Source of the DNA: a virus
Reading direction: 5' to 3' (one strand)
Length of the DNA stretch: 59,130 nt
Virus record (IMG/VR): IMGVR_UViG_3300024581_000422
Coordinates: 1 to 59,130 of that record
In this document: one piece after another, positions 14,613 through 24,400 of the stretch
Position numbering within the stretch: the first letter of the stretch is position 1
How the letters are laid out: the number at the start of each line of letters is the position of its first letter
Position numbers and translations under genes: made by a program
The notes under the pieces: generated by a model
What the model was told of the DNA's origin: nothing
Databases searched by the model: none
The model's input: the letters and a program-made list of their open reading frames with translations, nothing else

Positions 14613-15808
14613 TTGAAAAGGCAACAGAGATATGCAAGGCTCATAGGTTTGTATACCTTGCGATGGAGGTACGTACAGGCAAGACACTCACAAGCTTAGG
14701 ATTGGCATCAGCATTGGGATGTGAGAATGTATTGTTCCTTACAAAGAAGAAGGCTATACAGTCTATATCAGATGACTACGACAAGCTATGCCCAAACTCT
14801 TTTACACTGTTCACTATAAACTACGAGTCAATGCACAAGCTACCTGACGTGAGATGGGACCTTGTGATAGTAGACGAAGCACACTCATTAGGCTCATTCC
14901 CTAAGCCATCCAAGAGAGCTAAGGATGTGAAAGCCATAATTAAAAAGTGTAATCCATATGTGTGTTTGATGTCAGGGACTCCGACACCTGAGAGCTACAG
15001 TCAGATGTATCATCAGGTGTATGGGGTCCCCTCAAACCCATTCAGAGAATACAAAAGTTTCTACAAGTTTGCGGGAGAATATGTAAATGTGAAACAAAAA
15101 AAGATTAACTCGATGTATATCAATGATTATTCACGTGGGCTTACAAGTATATTGGATAGAATGAAGCCAATGACAATCACATATACACAGAAGGATGCAG
15201 GATTTATAAGCACAATAGAAGAGAGAGTGCTGACCGTAAAGATGAAAGACATCACGTATGATATGGCAAAAAAGCTAAGCACACACAGAGTTATTGAGGG
15301 TACAGACGAAGTAATCCTTGGTGACACAGCAGTAAAACTTATGCAGAAACTACATCAGATATACTCGGGCACAGTAAAATTTGAGTCGGGCAACTCTATG
15401 ATATTAGACTATAGCAAGGCAGAGTTTATACGTGACAGGTTTGCCAATCAGAAGATAGGTATCTTCTATAAGTTTAAAGAAGAACTCAATGCACTGCGTG
15501 AGGTCTATGGCAAAGAAAACTTGACAACAGAACTTGATGAGTTTAATAATACCAACAAGTCTATAGCCCTGCAGATAGTCTCAGGGCGTGAGGGCATATC
15601 ACTTCGCAAGGCTGACGCATTGGTGTACTACAACATTGACTTCAGTGCGACAAGCTATTGGCAGAGTCGTGACAGGATGACAACGAAAGATAGATTGGAG
15701 TCAGATGTGTATTGGGTATTTGCTGAAGGTGGGATAGAGCACGATATATACAAGGCAGTCATAAAGAAAAAGGATTACACAGTCAGACACTTTAAAAAAT
15801 TAATATGA
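14579..15808 (+). CDS. SNF2-family SF2 helicase
   Basis: FREYQ, RTGKTLTS (motif I), VIVDEAHSLG (motif II), MSGTPTPES (motif III), SGREGISL...WQSRDRM (motifs V/VI). Confidence 0.85.
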   Translation: MFEFREYQKKIIEKATEICKAHRFVYLAMEVRTGKTLTSLGLASALGCENVLFLTKKKAIQSISDDYDKLCPNSFTLFTINYESMHKLPDVRWDLVIVDEAHSLGSFPKPSKRAKDVKAIIKKCNPYVCLMSGTPTPESYSQMYHQVYGVPSNPFREYKSFYKFAGEYVNVKQKKINSMYINDYSRGLTSILDRMKPMTITYTQKDAGFISTIEERVLTVKMKDITYDMAKKLSTHRVIEGTDEVILGDTAVKLMQKLHQIYSGTVKFESGNSMILDYSKAEFIRDRFANQKIGIFYKFKEELNALREVYGKENLTTELDEFNNTNKSIALQIVSGREGISLRKADALVYYNIDFSATSYWQSRDRMTTKDRLESDVYWVFAEGGIEHDIYKAVIKKKDYTVRHFKKLI

Positions 15809-16119
15809 ATAAGAACATAGCAAAAGAATTAAAGGCATTCACTGAAGAGGTATGTGACAGGTATTCAAATACTGATAGAGCAAACAACTTTAATAATGAG
15901 ACTTTCAAAGTACAAGAAATAATACCTACAAGCGACCATACAGCAACGGTTATATATGAAAAGAACACAGGTAAAAGAGCAGCATTTTTTTTCTACTACA
16001 TACCCGGGATTAAAAAATGGAATTACTTTGTACCTACAGATTCACACATAAATGGTATGTCGTGTTTTGCAAATCAAAAGATAGAAGTGGAAAGGCATAA
16101 CTATAAATATAATTTTTAA
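15805..16119 (+). CDS. Hypothetical protein (104 aa)
   Basis: ORF track. ATGA overlap. Confidence 0.6.
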   Translation: MNKNIAKELKAFTEEVCDRYSNTDRANNFNNETFKVQEIIPTSDHTATVIYEKNTGKRAAFFFYYIPGIKKWNYFVPTDSHINGMSCFANQKIEVERHNYKYNF

Positions 16120-16145
16120 TAAAAAGGATTTAGTAAATTTACATA

Positions 16146-16385
16146 ATGACAGAACAGCAGATACAGACGAAGAGAATAAAGCAGTTAGAATCTGAAGGGT
16201 ACTATGTCATCAAGCTTATAAAGACAAACAAGAATGGGATTCCTGACATTATAGCTATACCACCGAACAGTGATGTACTATTCAGTGAGGTAAAGACAAA
16301 GACAGGGAAGCTGTCAAAGCTTCAGGAGTATAGATTAAAAGAATTGGAGGGGTATGGATTCAACACAGAAGTCTACAGAGGATGA
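16146..16385 (+). CDS. VRR-NUC domain nuclease
   Basis: GYYVIKL...NGIPDIIAIPPNSDVLFSEVKTKTGKLSKLQ (PD..E.K core followed by Q). Confidence 0.7.
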   Translation: MTEQQIQTKRIKQLESEGYYVIKLIKTNKNGIPDIIAIPPNSDVLFSEVKTKTGKLSKLQEYRLKELEGYGFNTEVYRG

Positions 16386-16686
16386 ACTAAACTATTTTGA
16401 GGTTGACGATTGGTTTATCTTAAAACTTAAATCATTTCCTCGTAGGGCAGGGATAGACATAGCGACACAGATAGAGGAAAGCGTTGAAAGCCTGCCAATA
16501 AAAAATGGTTGGACGCAAAAGATTGCAGGTGTAACACATAAAGAAGAAGATACAATATTCTTTGAAGTCGAATACCTAAATCAAGATACAGAGCCTGTAT
16601 ACTTTATGGATATACATACAATAGAATTAGATGAATACTTAGATTATATAAACTTAAATCAATATTTTAAACATGAATCAAATTAA
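16354..16686 (+). CDS. Hypothetical acidic protein (110 aa)
   Basis: ORF track. Confidence 0.55.
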   Translation: MDSTQKSTEDELNYFEVDDWFILKLKSFPRRAGIDIATQIEESVESLPIKNGWTQKIAGVTHKEEDTIFFEVEYLNQDTEPVYFMDIHTIELDEYLDYINLNQYFKHESN

Positions 16687-17221
16687 AGAACTAAGAGAAC
16701 ACGTTGAAAGAGAATTTGGAATTGATGACCTTAGAGAACGTAGACGGTACAATGATATTGTGAACGCACGGATGGTATACTCATACATCCTGAGAGGTCT
16801 TGGATATTCACTTACAGATATAGGCAAGAGTTTAGGTAAACACCATGCCACAATAATAAACTACCTTGATAACATGGATGGCTATCTTAAGACTGACCCT
16901 GTGCTAAGAAAGAAGTTTGATAAGGTGAGCCGCTCATTCTTAGGTGAAGAGATGGAGATTGATAATAGTGCTCTTACTATGAATGCCACACTAAAATACG
17001 CTGAGCTAAAAGAGGTTGAGTTAAAAAATAAGATAAATATTTTGGAAAGCAGAATAAAAGAATTAACTTCGGAGGTGTTAGAGTACAGGTCAACTCAAAA
17101 GTTTAATGCTGATGACATTGACAGGTTCTATAACATATTCAAATTGGTAAAGCAGAAAACGAAACACGGAGACGAGTTTAAAGTATTTCAAAAATTAAAT
17201 AAACTATATGATGTTATTTAG
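16673..17221 (+). CDS. Second DnaA domain IV-like HTH protein with a coiled-coil tail (182 aa)
   Basis: RERRRYNDIVNARMVYSYILRGLGYSLTDIGKSLGKHHATIINYLDNM. Same pattern as 9332..9619. Confidence 0.55.
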   Translation: MNQIKELREHVEREFGIDDLRERRRYNDIVNARMVYSYILRGLGYSLTDIGKSLGKHHATIINYLDNMDGYLKTDPVLRKKFDKVSRSFLGEEMEIDNSALTMNATLKYAELKEVELKNKINILESRIKELTSEVLEYRSTQKFNADDIDRFYNIFKLVKQKTKHGDEFKVFQKLNKLYDVI

Positions 17222-17444
17222 CGAAGAAAGAATAGAAAGGATATTGGGCTATAAGACATGGTCTGATAGACGGAAGATAGATGAACTGCTTCGCATTGAC
17301 TGTGATATGTATGCTAATCTTGGAATCAACTCATCAAAGAAAGAGAAGGATACTGTAAGAGGTAACTCAAAGAGAATATACCGTATCATAAAACAGATTG
17401 ACAATCAGATGGGCTCACAGCTACTGATGCATATGGACAAGTAA
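17208..17444 (+). CDS. Hypothetical protein (78 aa)
   Basis: ORF track. Confidence 0.5.
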   Translation: MMLFSEERIERILGYKTWSDRRKIDELLRIDCDMYANLGINSSKKEKDTVRGNSKRIYRIIKQIDNQMGSQLLMHMDK

Positions 17445-17451
17445 TACTCAA

Positions 17452-17646
17452 ATGAAAGGCAGGCTATCATCTATAGACAAGGAGAGACTTAACTATATAA
17501 ACTATCTAATGGATGACTTATATAATGATATGTCAGACCTATACGAGTCACTTGTAGATAGAGAGATGGAAGAGACCAAGGCTACTCTGTCTAATATGAT
17601 ACTTAAATTAAGAGACTTACAAGATTCAATTGAAGATGACATCTAA
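17452..17646 (+). CDS. Hypothetical acidic protein (64 aa)
   Basis: ORF track. Confidence 0.5.
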   Translation: MKGRLSSIDKERLNYINYLMDDLYNDMSDLYESLVDREMEETKATLSNMILKLRDLQDSIEDDI

Positions 17647-18037
17647 GCAGTGTACAAAATGCAATGAAGTCAAACCATTAGATGAGTTTCATTGGAAGGA
17701 TAAAAGAAGGGACAGCAGTCCTAACTCAAGAAGAAACTCGTGCAAGTCTTGTGTAAATATACAAAGGAATCTAAGGAGACGCAACATAACATCTTGGCTA
17801 AAACAATACAAGCGTAACTGTGAGTGTCAGAAGTGCGGGTATTCTAAGGAGACACATAAAGATTTTACTTGTAAGGCATTAGAGTTTCATCATCATAATA
17901 ATGACAAGAGTTTTGATGTAGGTGACTATCTAATGAAGGGGGTATCTATAGATAAAATTCAGACAGAGATTGACAAGTGCATTGTGCTGTGTTCACGATG
18001 CCACAAAGAAGTACACGAACATGAGATTCGAATCTAA
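17630..18037 (+). CDS. HNH endonuclease with Cys4 zinc fingers
   Basis: CTKCNEVKPLDEF, CKSC, CQKCG, LEFHHHNNDK, VLCSRCHKEVH. Confidence 0.75.
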   Translation: MKMTSKQCTKCNEVKPLDEFHWKDKRRDSSPNSRRNSCKSCVNIQRNLRRRNITSWLKQYKRNCECQKCGYSKETHKDFTCKALEFHHHNNDKSFDVGDYLMKGVSIDKIQTEIDKCIVLCSRCHKEVHEHEIRI

Positions 18038-18434
18038 AAAAGATTTAGAAAGAGAGAGGGTAGCCATAGAAAAATTTGTTGGAAGGTTTGGTGGAAGCTA
18101 TAAGAAGCTCGACCCCAACGATGTAGACTATAGGATATACGACAGTGCAGGAGAGCTGATAGCATACGCAGAAGTTAAAGGGAGATACAGGAGTATTGCA
18201 AATGCATACCCACTGCCTGTGGCTGCACGTAAGGTTGTGAAACTATGCGACAAGAGACTTAATCCTGTAATCATATGGGCGTGTGATGATGGTCTTATAT
18301 ACGGAAAGCCAACCCATCTCACAGGAGATGTCAGATGGGGAGGTCGTAAGCCACGTGATGGTGCATATAATGATGAAGAGATTATGATATACTACGACAA
18401 ACAAAAAGAGTTTCGTTATATCAAATACTATTAG
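18021..18434 (+). CDS. Putative PD-(D/E)xK nuclease-fold protein (137 aa)
   Basis: Start moved to ATG 18021 (MRFESKK...). DYRIYD...LIAYAEVKGR resembles a D...(D/E)xK core. Confidence 0.45.
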   Translation: MRFESKKDLERERVAIEKFVGRFGGSYKKLDPNDVDYRIYDSAGELIAYAEVKGRYRSIANAYPLPVAARKVVKLCDKRLNPVIIWACDDGLIYGKPTHLTGDVRWGGRKPRDGAYNDEEIMIYYDKQKEFRYIKYY

Positions 18435-18450
18435 TCTCTTTGAAGAGACT
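18433..18450. terminator. 18-bp perfect palindrome agtctctttgaagagact between the two convergent arms (candidate bidirectional terminator/boundary)
   Basis: Overlaps the + strand stop (18432..18434) and the - strand stop (18450..18452). No flanking T-tracts. Confidence 0.5.
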
Positions 18451-21400
18451 TAATCTTCCATCATATCTTCTAAGGTTGGCAGCTTAGGCAAATCATCAGA
18501 CATTTTAGGTAGCTCAGGTAACTCAGGTAGACCCAATGCCTCTCGTTCCTTTTTTGTTAGATTAAGTCCACTGCTCTTCTTTTTCTTAGGTTCCCCTTTA
18601 GGTTTTTCTTTAGTTTTTTCTTTTGTTGCATACCCCGGTCTGTATGACTTAGCAACACCCATTATCTTAAACACATCATCCATCTCCCCCTCGCCTGTAG
18701 CAATATTGAATATGCCTTCAGCAGGGTCCATAGGTGAAGCTGTGCCGATTTCAAGCAATATTTTAGTTCCCTCGTAGGCATCAACGTCTTTGAGTGCCTT
18801 AGCAATTTTTTGTGCGAAATCACTATATGGATTCTTCATGCTGTCTCTTGAAAAGTATTCTCCACGATACGCAGCAATACCACTCTCAAGCCCCGCACCT
18901 ACCAAAGGCAGCCTATATAAAAGTGTAAGTGGATTGCCCGAAGCTAATATCTGTTTAAGTGCGTATTCCCTGTCATCCTTATCTCCAAATAATAATGCCA
19001 TTGAATATGATGCTGTTGTATATAACACATTGGCGACAACTGCATTCAAAAGAAAGTTTTTGTAATCACTATATGTAGCTTTCCCATTAATAATCCTGCC
19101 TGCATATTTCATTGTGTTATTCAACAACAAGAATGATGCACTACCAAACATTGTGACACCTTTAACAAGAGGATTATTTGATTGCTGTAAGCCTATCTTG
19201 TTTACATTCTGCTGTGCCTGCTGTGTGCTATCAAATTGATTGAATCGTCTTAGTGCCTCAGCTTTTGACATACCATTCTTTATGTCCCTATTGAATCGTG
19301 CCTTGTATCCTAATACCCCATTTATATCTCCATATGATGTAAAGAAAGCTTTTGCTCTTGACAGTGCCCTTGCAACAGCTCCCCTTTTACCTTGTGCTTC
19401 TAATACAGGTCTGTATGTTCTTTGCCCTGATTCTATAGCAAGAAGGTCTCCTTTCATTCCTTTCCTATAACGCTCTGCAAATATGCCTGACATATCCATT
19501 GCCTCAGCGACATTCTTTTTTCTATTCGCAAGTACATCAGCATAGTCATACATGAATGTGAAAAAGTCAACTATAGGGGTGCTCTTTCCTTTTCTAAATT
19601 GATAGTCACCCAATGGCAACATAAATGATGTAGTCTGCTTTAATGCCTGTATGGGCTTGAATGCTAATACAATTCCTGAAAATGTATTCTGTGCCCATGT
19701 CAATAGCTTTCCACCTCTTTTTATTTCAGGGGTTGCATTTGGATTGATTCCATAATTTAACATCTGTTGGAATATATTCTTGTATCCTGACATATCTAAA
19801 AGCGTCTGTATATCAGGTGACTTATACACCTGATTCATTGTCTTTACACCCAATGCATATGCCTTGAATCGCTCCATATCTCTGAAGTGTTTCTCTAATG
19901 TCTGAGTAAATGAACGATTCATTACAACGTCACCTACCTTGGCTGTCCTCTCCTTTAGTGCACTCTGCCATTCTGCATTGAACACCTTAAAAAAGTCTCC
20001 TGAAAATAAGTCTTCGCTATTAGTTGCACTCACATCTGTCTGTGTAGGGAAGTAGTTTTCAATCTGACGCAGGCTAATATCATTTGCCTGCATGAATACA
20101 TTATTCACAGATTCAAAGTATGGATTGCTAAGGTAATCTACCGTACTCTCTATGATTGCTATATTATCCTCCCCAATAAACTCTTTTAATTGTAAGATTT
20201 TTGCATCGTCAAGACCTTGATTGTTTAGCTTCTCTCTCTGTGTGTCATTCAATGTAAGTGCATACAAAGCCATCGCTTGGTCTCTATTTAACTCTACACT
20301 GAATGGCTCTTTACTTGTGTCTTCCTGTACAGATATTATACCATCTAATGTAATCACATCATTGCCAAGAGAATACTTCCATTTATTCCACTCTTTATTG
20401 GCAAGCCTATTTGTTATGCCATCAAGAACCTTCTCCTGTGTAAAGTACCCAAGCAGGGCATTATTCTCCATGTCAAGCAATGAGTTATAAAAGAATTCGG
20501 TAAACAACCCATTTGTGTTGCGGTCTAATCGCTGCGTTATAAGGTCAAGGTTAAACATATTCTCCTTCATGAACATAGCCAATGCACCTGTCTTATACTT
20601 TAGGTTCTCTGTTACACGAGCCTTAAAGTCTTTTAATGTCTCTAAGAATCCATCTTTTATGAATGCCTGCATGATAGGCTTACGGTCTCTCTTTAGCTGA
20701 GTATCAGACTTACGTTGACCATCCTCATCATATAGCTCACTGAAGTCTTTACTTATCTGAGTTTTAAACTGCTCTTTAATAGACTCAGAGAGCTGTCGTC
20801 TCATCTTTCGTCTTGTATTAAAATTCTTAATAGATTCAGCCCTTGTATTCTTTAAGTCATCTAATAGCAGCTTCACCTGCTCGAGGTCCATGTTAACAAT
20901 GTCAGCATATGAATCAATTGCATCTCTCAAGTTAAGGATGTCTAATTCTTTTTTAGTAAGCTTCTGTCCACGCTCGTCTTTATCTAATGCAGTATTATAT
21001 TCATTTTCATCTATGCTGTTCATTAGGTTTATGATTCCATCAACATCACCATTCATAGCTAATTTTAGTACACGAGATACTGCATCAAGATATGACTTAC
21101 CTCTCACGTCTACACCACTTGCACTAAGCTTGCCTGACCTTGTCTTCTTTACCTTTACTTTCACGGTGTCCTTAATCTCATTGATTAATTTTTTCTTCAC
21201 CTGCTCTCTGCTATTATCCAACTCATCCAATACCTTTGTTAGTTGCTCAGTATAGTTTTGGTCATTGGTCTCATTAAGAATCTTATTGAGTCTATTAATT
21301 GTTGCAACCCTAAACTCTCTTACCTTTATAGGTGTATCCTTCGTCATCTCAGCAAAAGACTTACGTATCACACGTCTAATCTCCTGTTGGAAGTTTCTTA

Positions 21401-24400
21401 CGTCACGTCTCACCTTATCTTCAGCACGCACCTTCCTGTTAAATTCAAGTGTGCTCTGTCTTAGGCTCTCTGCCTGCTGTGCATCAACCATTGTATCAAT
21501 CTCGGCAAAGATTAAATTAGTTATGCCTTCTACATTTTCAGGAGTAGCCTGAGTAATTAGCTTGTTAATCTTGTTTACACTGCTCTTAGACACATTCTTT
21601 ATGCCTACAAGTTTCTGTCTGATTGCATTCTTTAACTCTGTCTGTGCAGCCTTTATATTGCGTTGACCTCTCTTTATGTCAGCTATACGCTTTCTGATGC
21701 CACCTATCTCCTTAGAAATCTTAGGACCTCTATTTATTTTTAGGTCTCTATCTATGGCATTCTGAAGTTCTAATTGAATTCTCTCTATCTGACTCTTGAA
21801 TAATGGATGTGCCTTTAGAATATCCTGAGCCTTCTGTCTTATTTCAATGAGTGACTTTCCTTGTCGAGCGAATCTCTGCAGCTTATCTTTTACATCATTG
21901 AAAAGTTTTAGTCCTTCTCTTGCACCTTCATTAATATTACCAAACTCATATGGCATCTTATTAAATAGGTCAATATCAATCTCCAATGCACTTTTTATTG
22001 TACTTGCATCGAATCCTCTATTTTGTAGTATCGCCTTGATTGCATCATTTGGATAGCCTAACTCTCTTCCTAATGACACTATAGACTCTGCAGATGCATT
22101 GTCTCCTGTCATCAACTGTAATGTGCTTGACAGTGCCGATACATCCTGACCTTTGAATAGCTCTTTGCCTGATAGCAGGTCTACGGTTACAGCCTGAAGA
22201 AATTCATCCAATGTGATATTTTCAAGCTGCTCTGCAGTATACTCTGATATACCAAAAAGTTTTTGTATATTCTTGTATAGGTCTACAAGCCACTGCTTGA
22301 AGTCTCTGCTTACAGATGCATTCACAAAAGATTCACCTTTGTCTCCTATGGCTGTTGCCAATGCTTCTTCTTTTATGTATGTGTCAATCTCTTCTTCTGT
22401 AGCACCTGCCTCACGCATTTTTGTTATAATACGTTTGTAGTCGCTGCTATTCTTTATCTGATTGATATATGTCTCATCCTGCGAGATAAGCTCCATCCCC
22501 TTGTTGTATAGTTCAGGAGATGCCTGCTTCGCTGTATTAATCCATATGTGTCCGAACTCGTGTATAGGTGTGTTGAAGTTTTCTACTCTCCCATTTAGGT
22601 ATAGCTTGCCTTCATATACCGCACCGTATACAGTTTGGTCTTTAGTTAATAGTTCTTTTACCCATAGATTTTTTGTAAGCTCATCAAACTCTTGTTGTGA
22701 TGTTATGACCTCTACTGTAGGGAACGCCTTCGTTAATCTCTCTAAAAATATTTCCCATGGAGTTGGATTCAGCTCAGATATTTGATACGCTGTAGACGAT
22801 GTGGTCATTGCAGATGTACCTGCGGCAGATATTGCCTCAGCTTTACTGTAGTTAACCATCTTTGCTAATGGTAGCTCAGCTTCTTTTAAAAGATTTTTTA
22901 TTTTATCATTGTTATTTAATTGCAGTGCCTCTTCTAATAGTGGCTTCATTATCTTCCTGTCTCTTGCATTTAGTTTAGCAAATGCATCAGATGCCAATAT
23001 CTCTTCAATAAGTTTCAGCTTATCTGCCTTTTTAACCTTATCAGATTTTGCTTCCTGTATTTTTTCAAACACTTCAGTCTCAGCCTTATTAGCATTGTAT
23101 TTTACTTTACCTGACCTCTTTTTTTCTAAGCCAACAGCTCGCTCTTGTAGCTGATTAGAATAGTAATCTGTAACCCTATAGAATGGTGCAGTATCTTCCA
23201 TCAAGGCGACAGCTCTTCCTCGAATATAAAATGGGTAATTTGGATGTATCTGCATTCCTTCAGCTTGCGCCTCTTCTTCTGAAATTTTTGCCGATGCTAT
23301 TATATCATTGATTCCCTTGTTATATTCTTTTTGTGTTATCTCCTTTTTCTTTAGTCTCTCATCGAGTTGTCTTTTTAACTCGCTTACCTTTACACCATCT
23401 TTGTTAGTAATCTCAACCACCATAGTGAGTGCACCCGTCTTCAAGTCTTTGGTAAAGCCTTCAGATGTCTCATCTATAAGTACGTCTCTTGCTATGCCAA
23501 GAGAAATCAACTCTTGAGACAGCTTGATGTCAGTCTTTACATCTAATGTCTCAGGCAATATAAGCTCCATGACTGCAGCCCTTGTCTTTACACCTTCATT
23601 CTCTTGTAATGCCTTGAAAAATGACATTATATCAGTAGCCCCATCCAAGTGTTTCTTAGCCTTCTTTACGTCTGTTAATTTAGACTCCTTAACTTTATCC
23701 TTGATTAGATTAAATATCTTATCCTTTTGATTGTCGGGAATTTTTTCATTCACCATCTCTGCTATAATAATATTAGACATGATGCCACCATTCCCCATGT
23801 TGTACACAACGGAATAGTCTGCATCCATTGCCCCTTTTATTATTTTTGTTGCTGCCACATCTTTTATCGATGCCCATGCAACCTTGCCAAATAGTCCCTC
23901 CATCAATGGGAAAAAGTTTCCTCCCATCTTTACGTATGGATTGGTATCAGGGTTGTGCGGTTTTGTGGGGTCTTTAAGTTCTACCTTTAGCTTGTCAGCC
24001 ATCAACAGGTTTATCTTTTTCCCCACTAACTCTTTTAGTTTAAACCTCTTTATCTTTTCTACAAGTGACAGGTTTTCTTCTACTGTTATAGGTGTAGGCT
24101 CAACAGTTGGCTCTTCTACTACAACTGTCTCTCCTGAACTTTCTTGTTTGTCTAACTCGCTAAATAGTTTCTTTGCCTCTTTTGTCTTCTTGTCTATTAC
24201 ATTGTCTTCTGTCTTACCTTCAGATAGTTGGAACTGTACTTCATCGCTGCCAAGACGTTCTTCTAAGTCAGCTTCTAAGCTTGCTACATCTTGCTTCAAT
24301 ATCTCAAGCTCGGACACTCTTGTCTTGTGTTTTTCTGCTACTCTCTCTTGGAATTTTGTTAGCTTCTTGCCTGCAATATTCTTGTCTGCTATTGCTGAGA

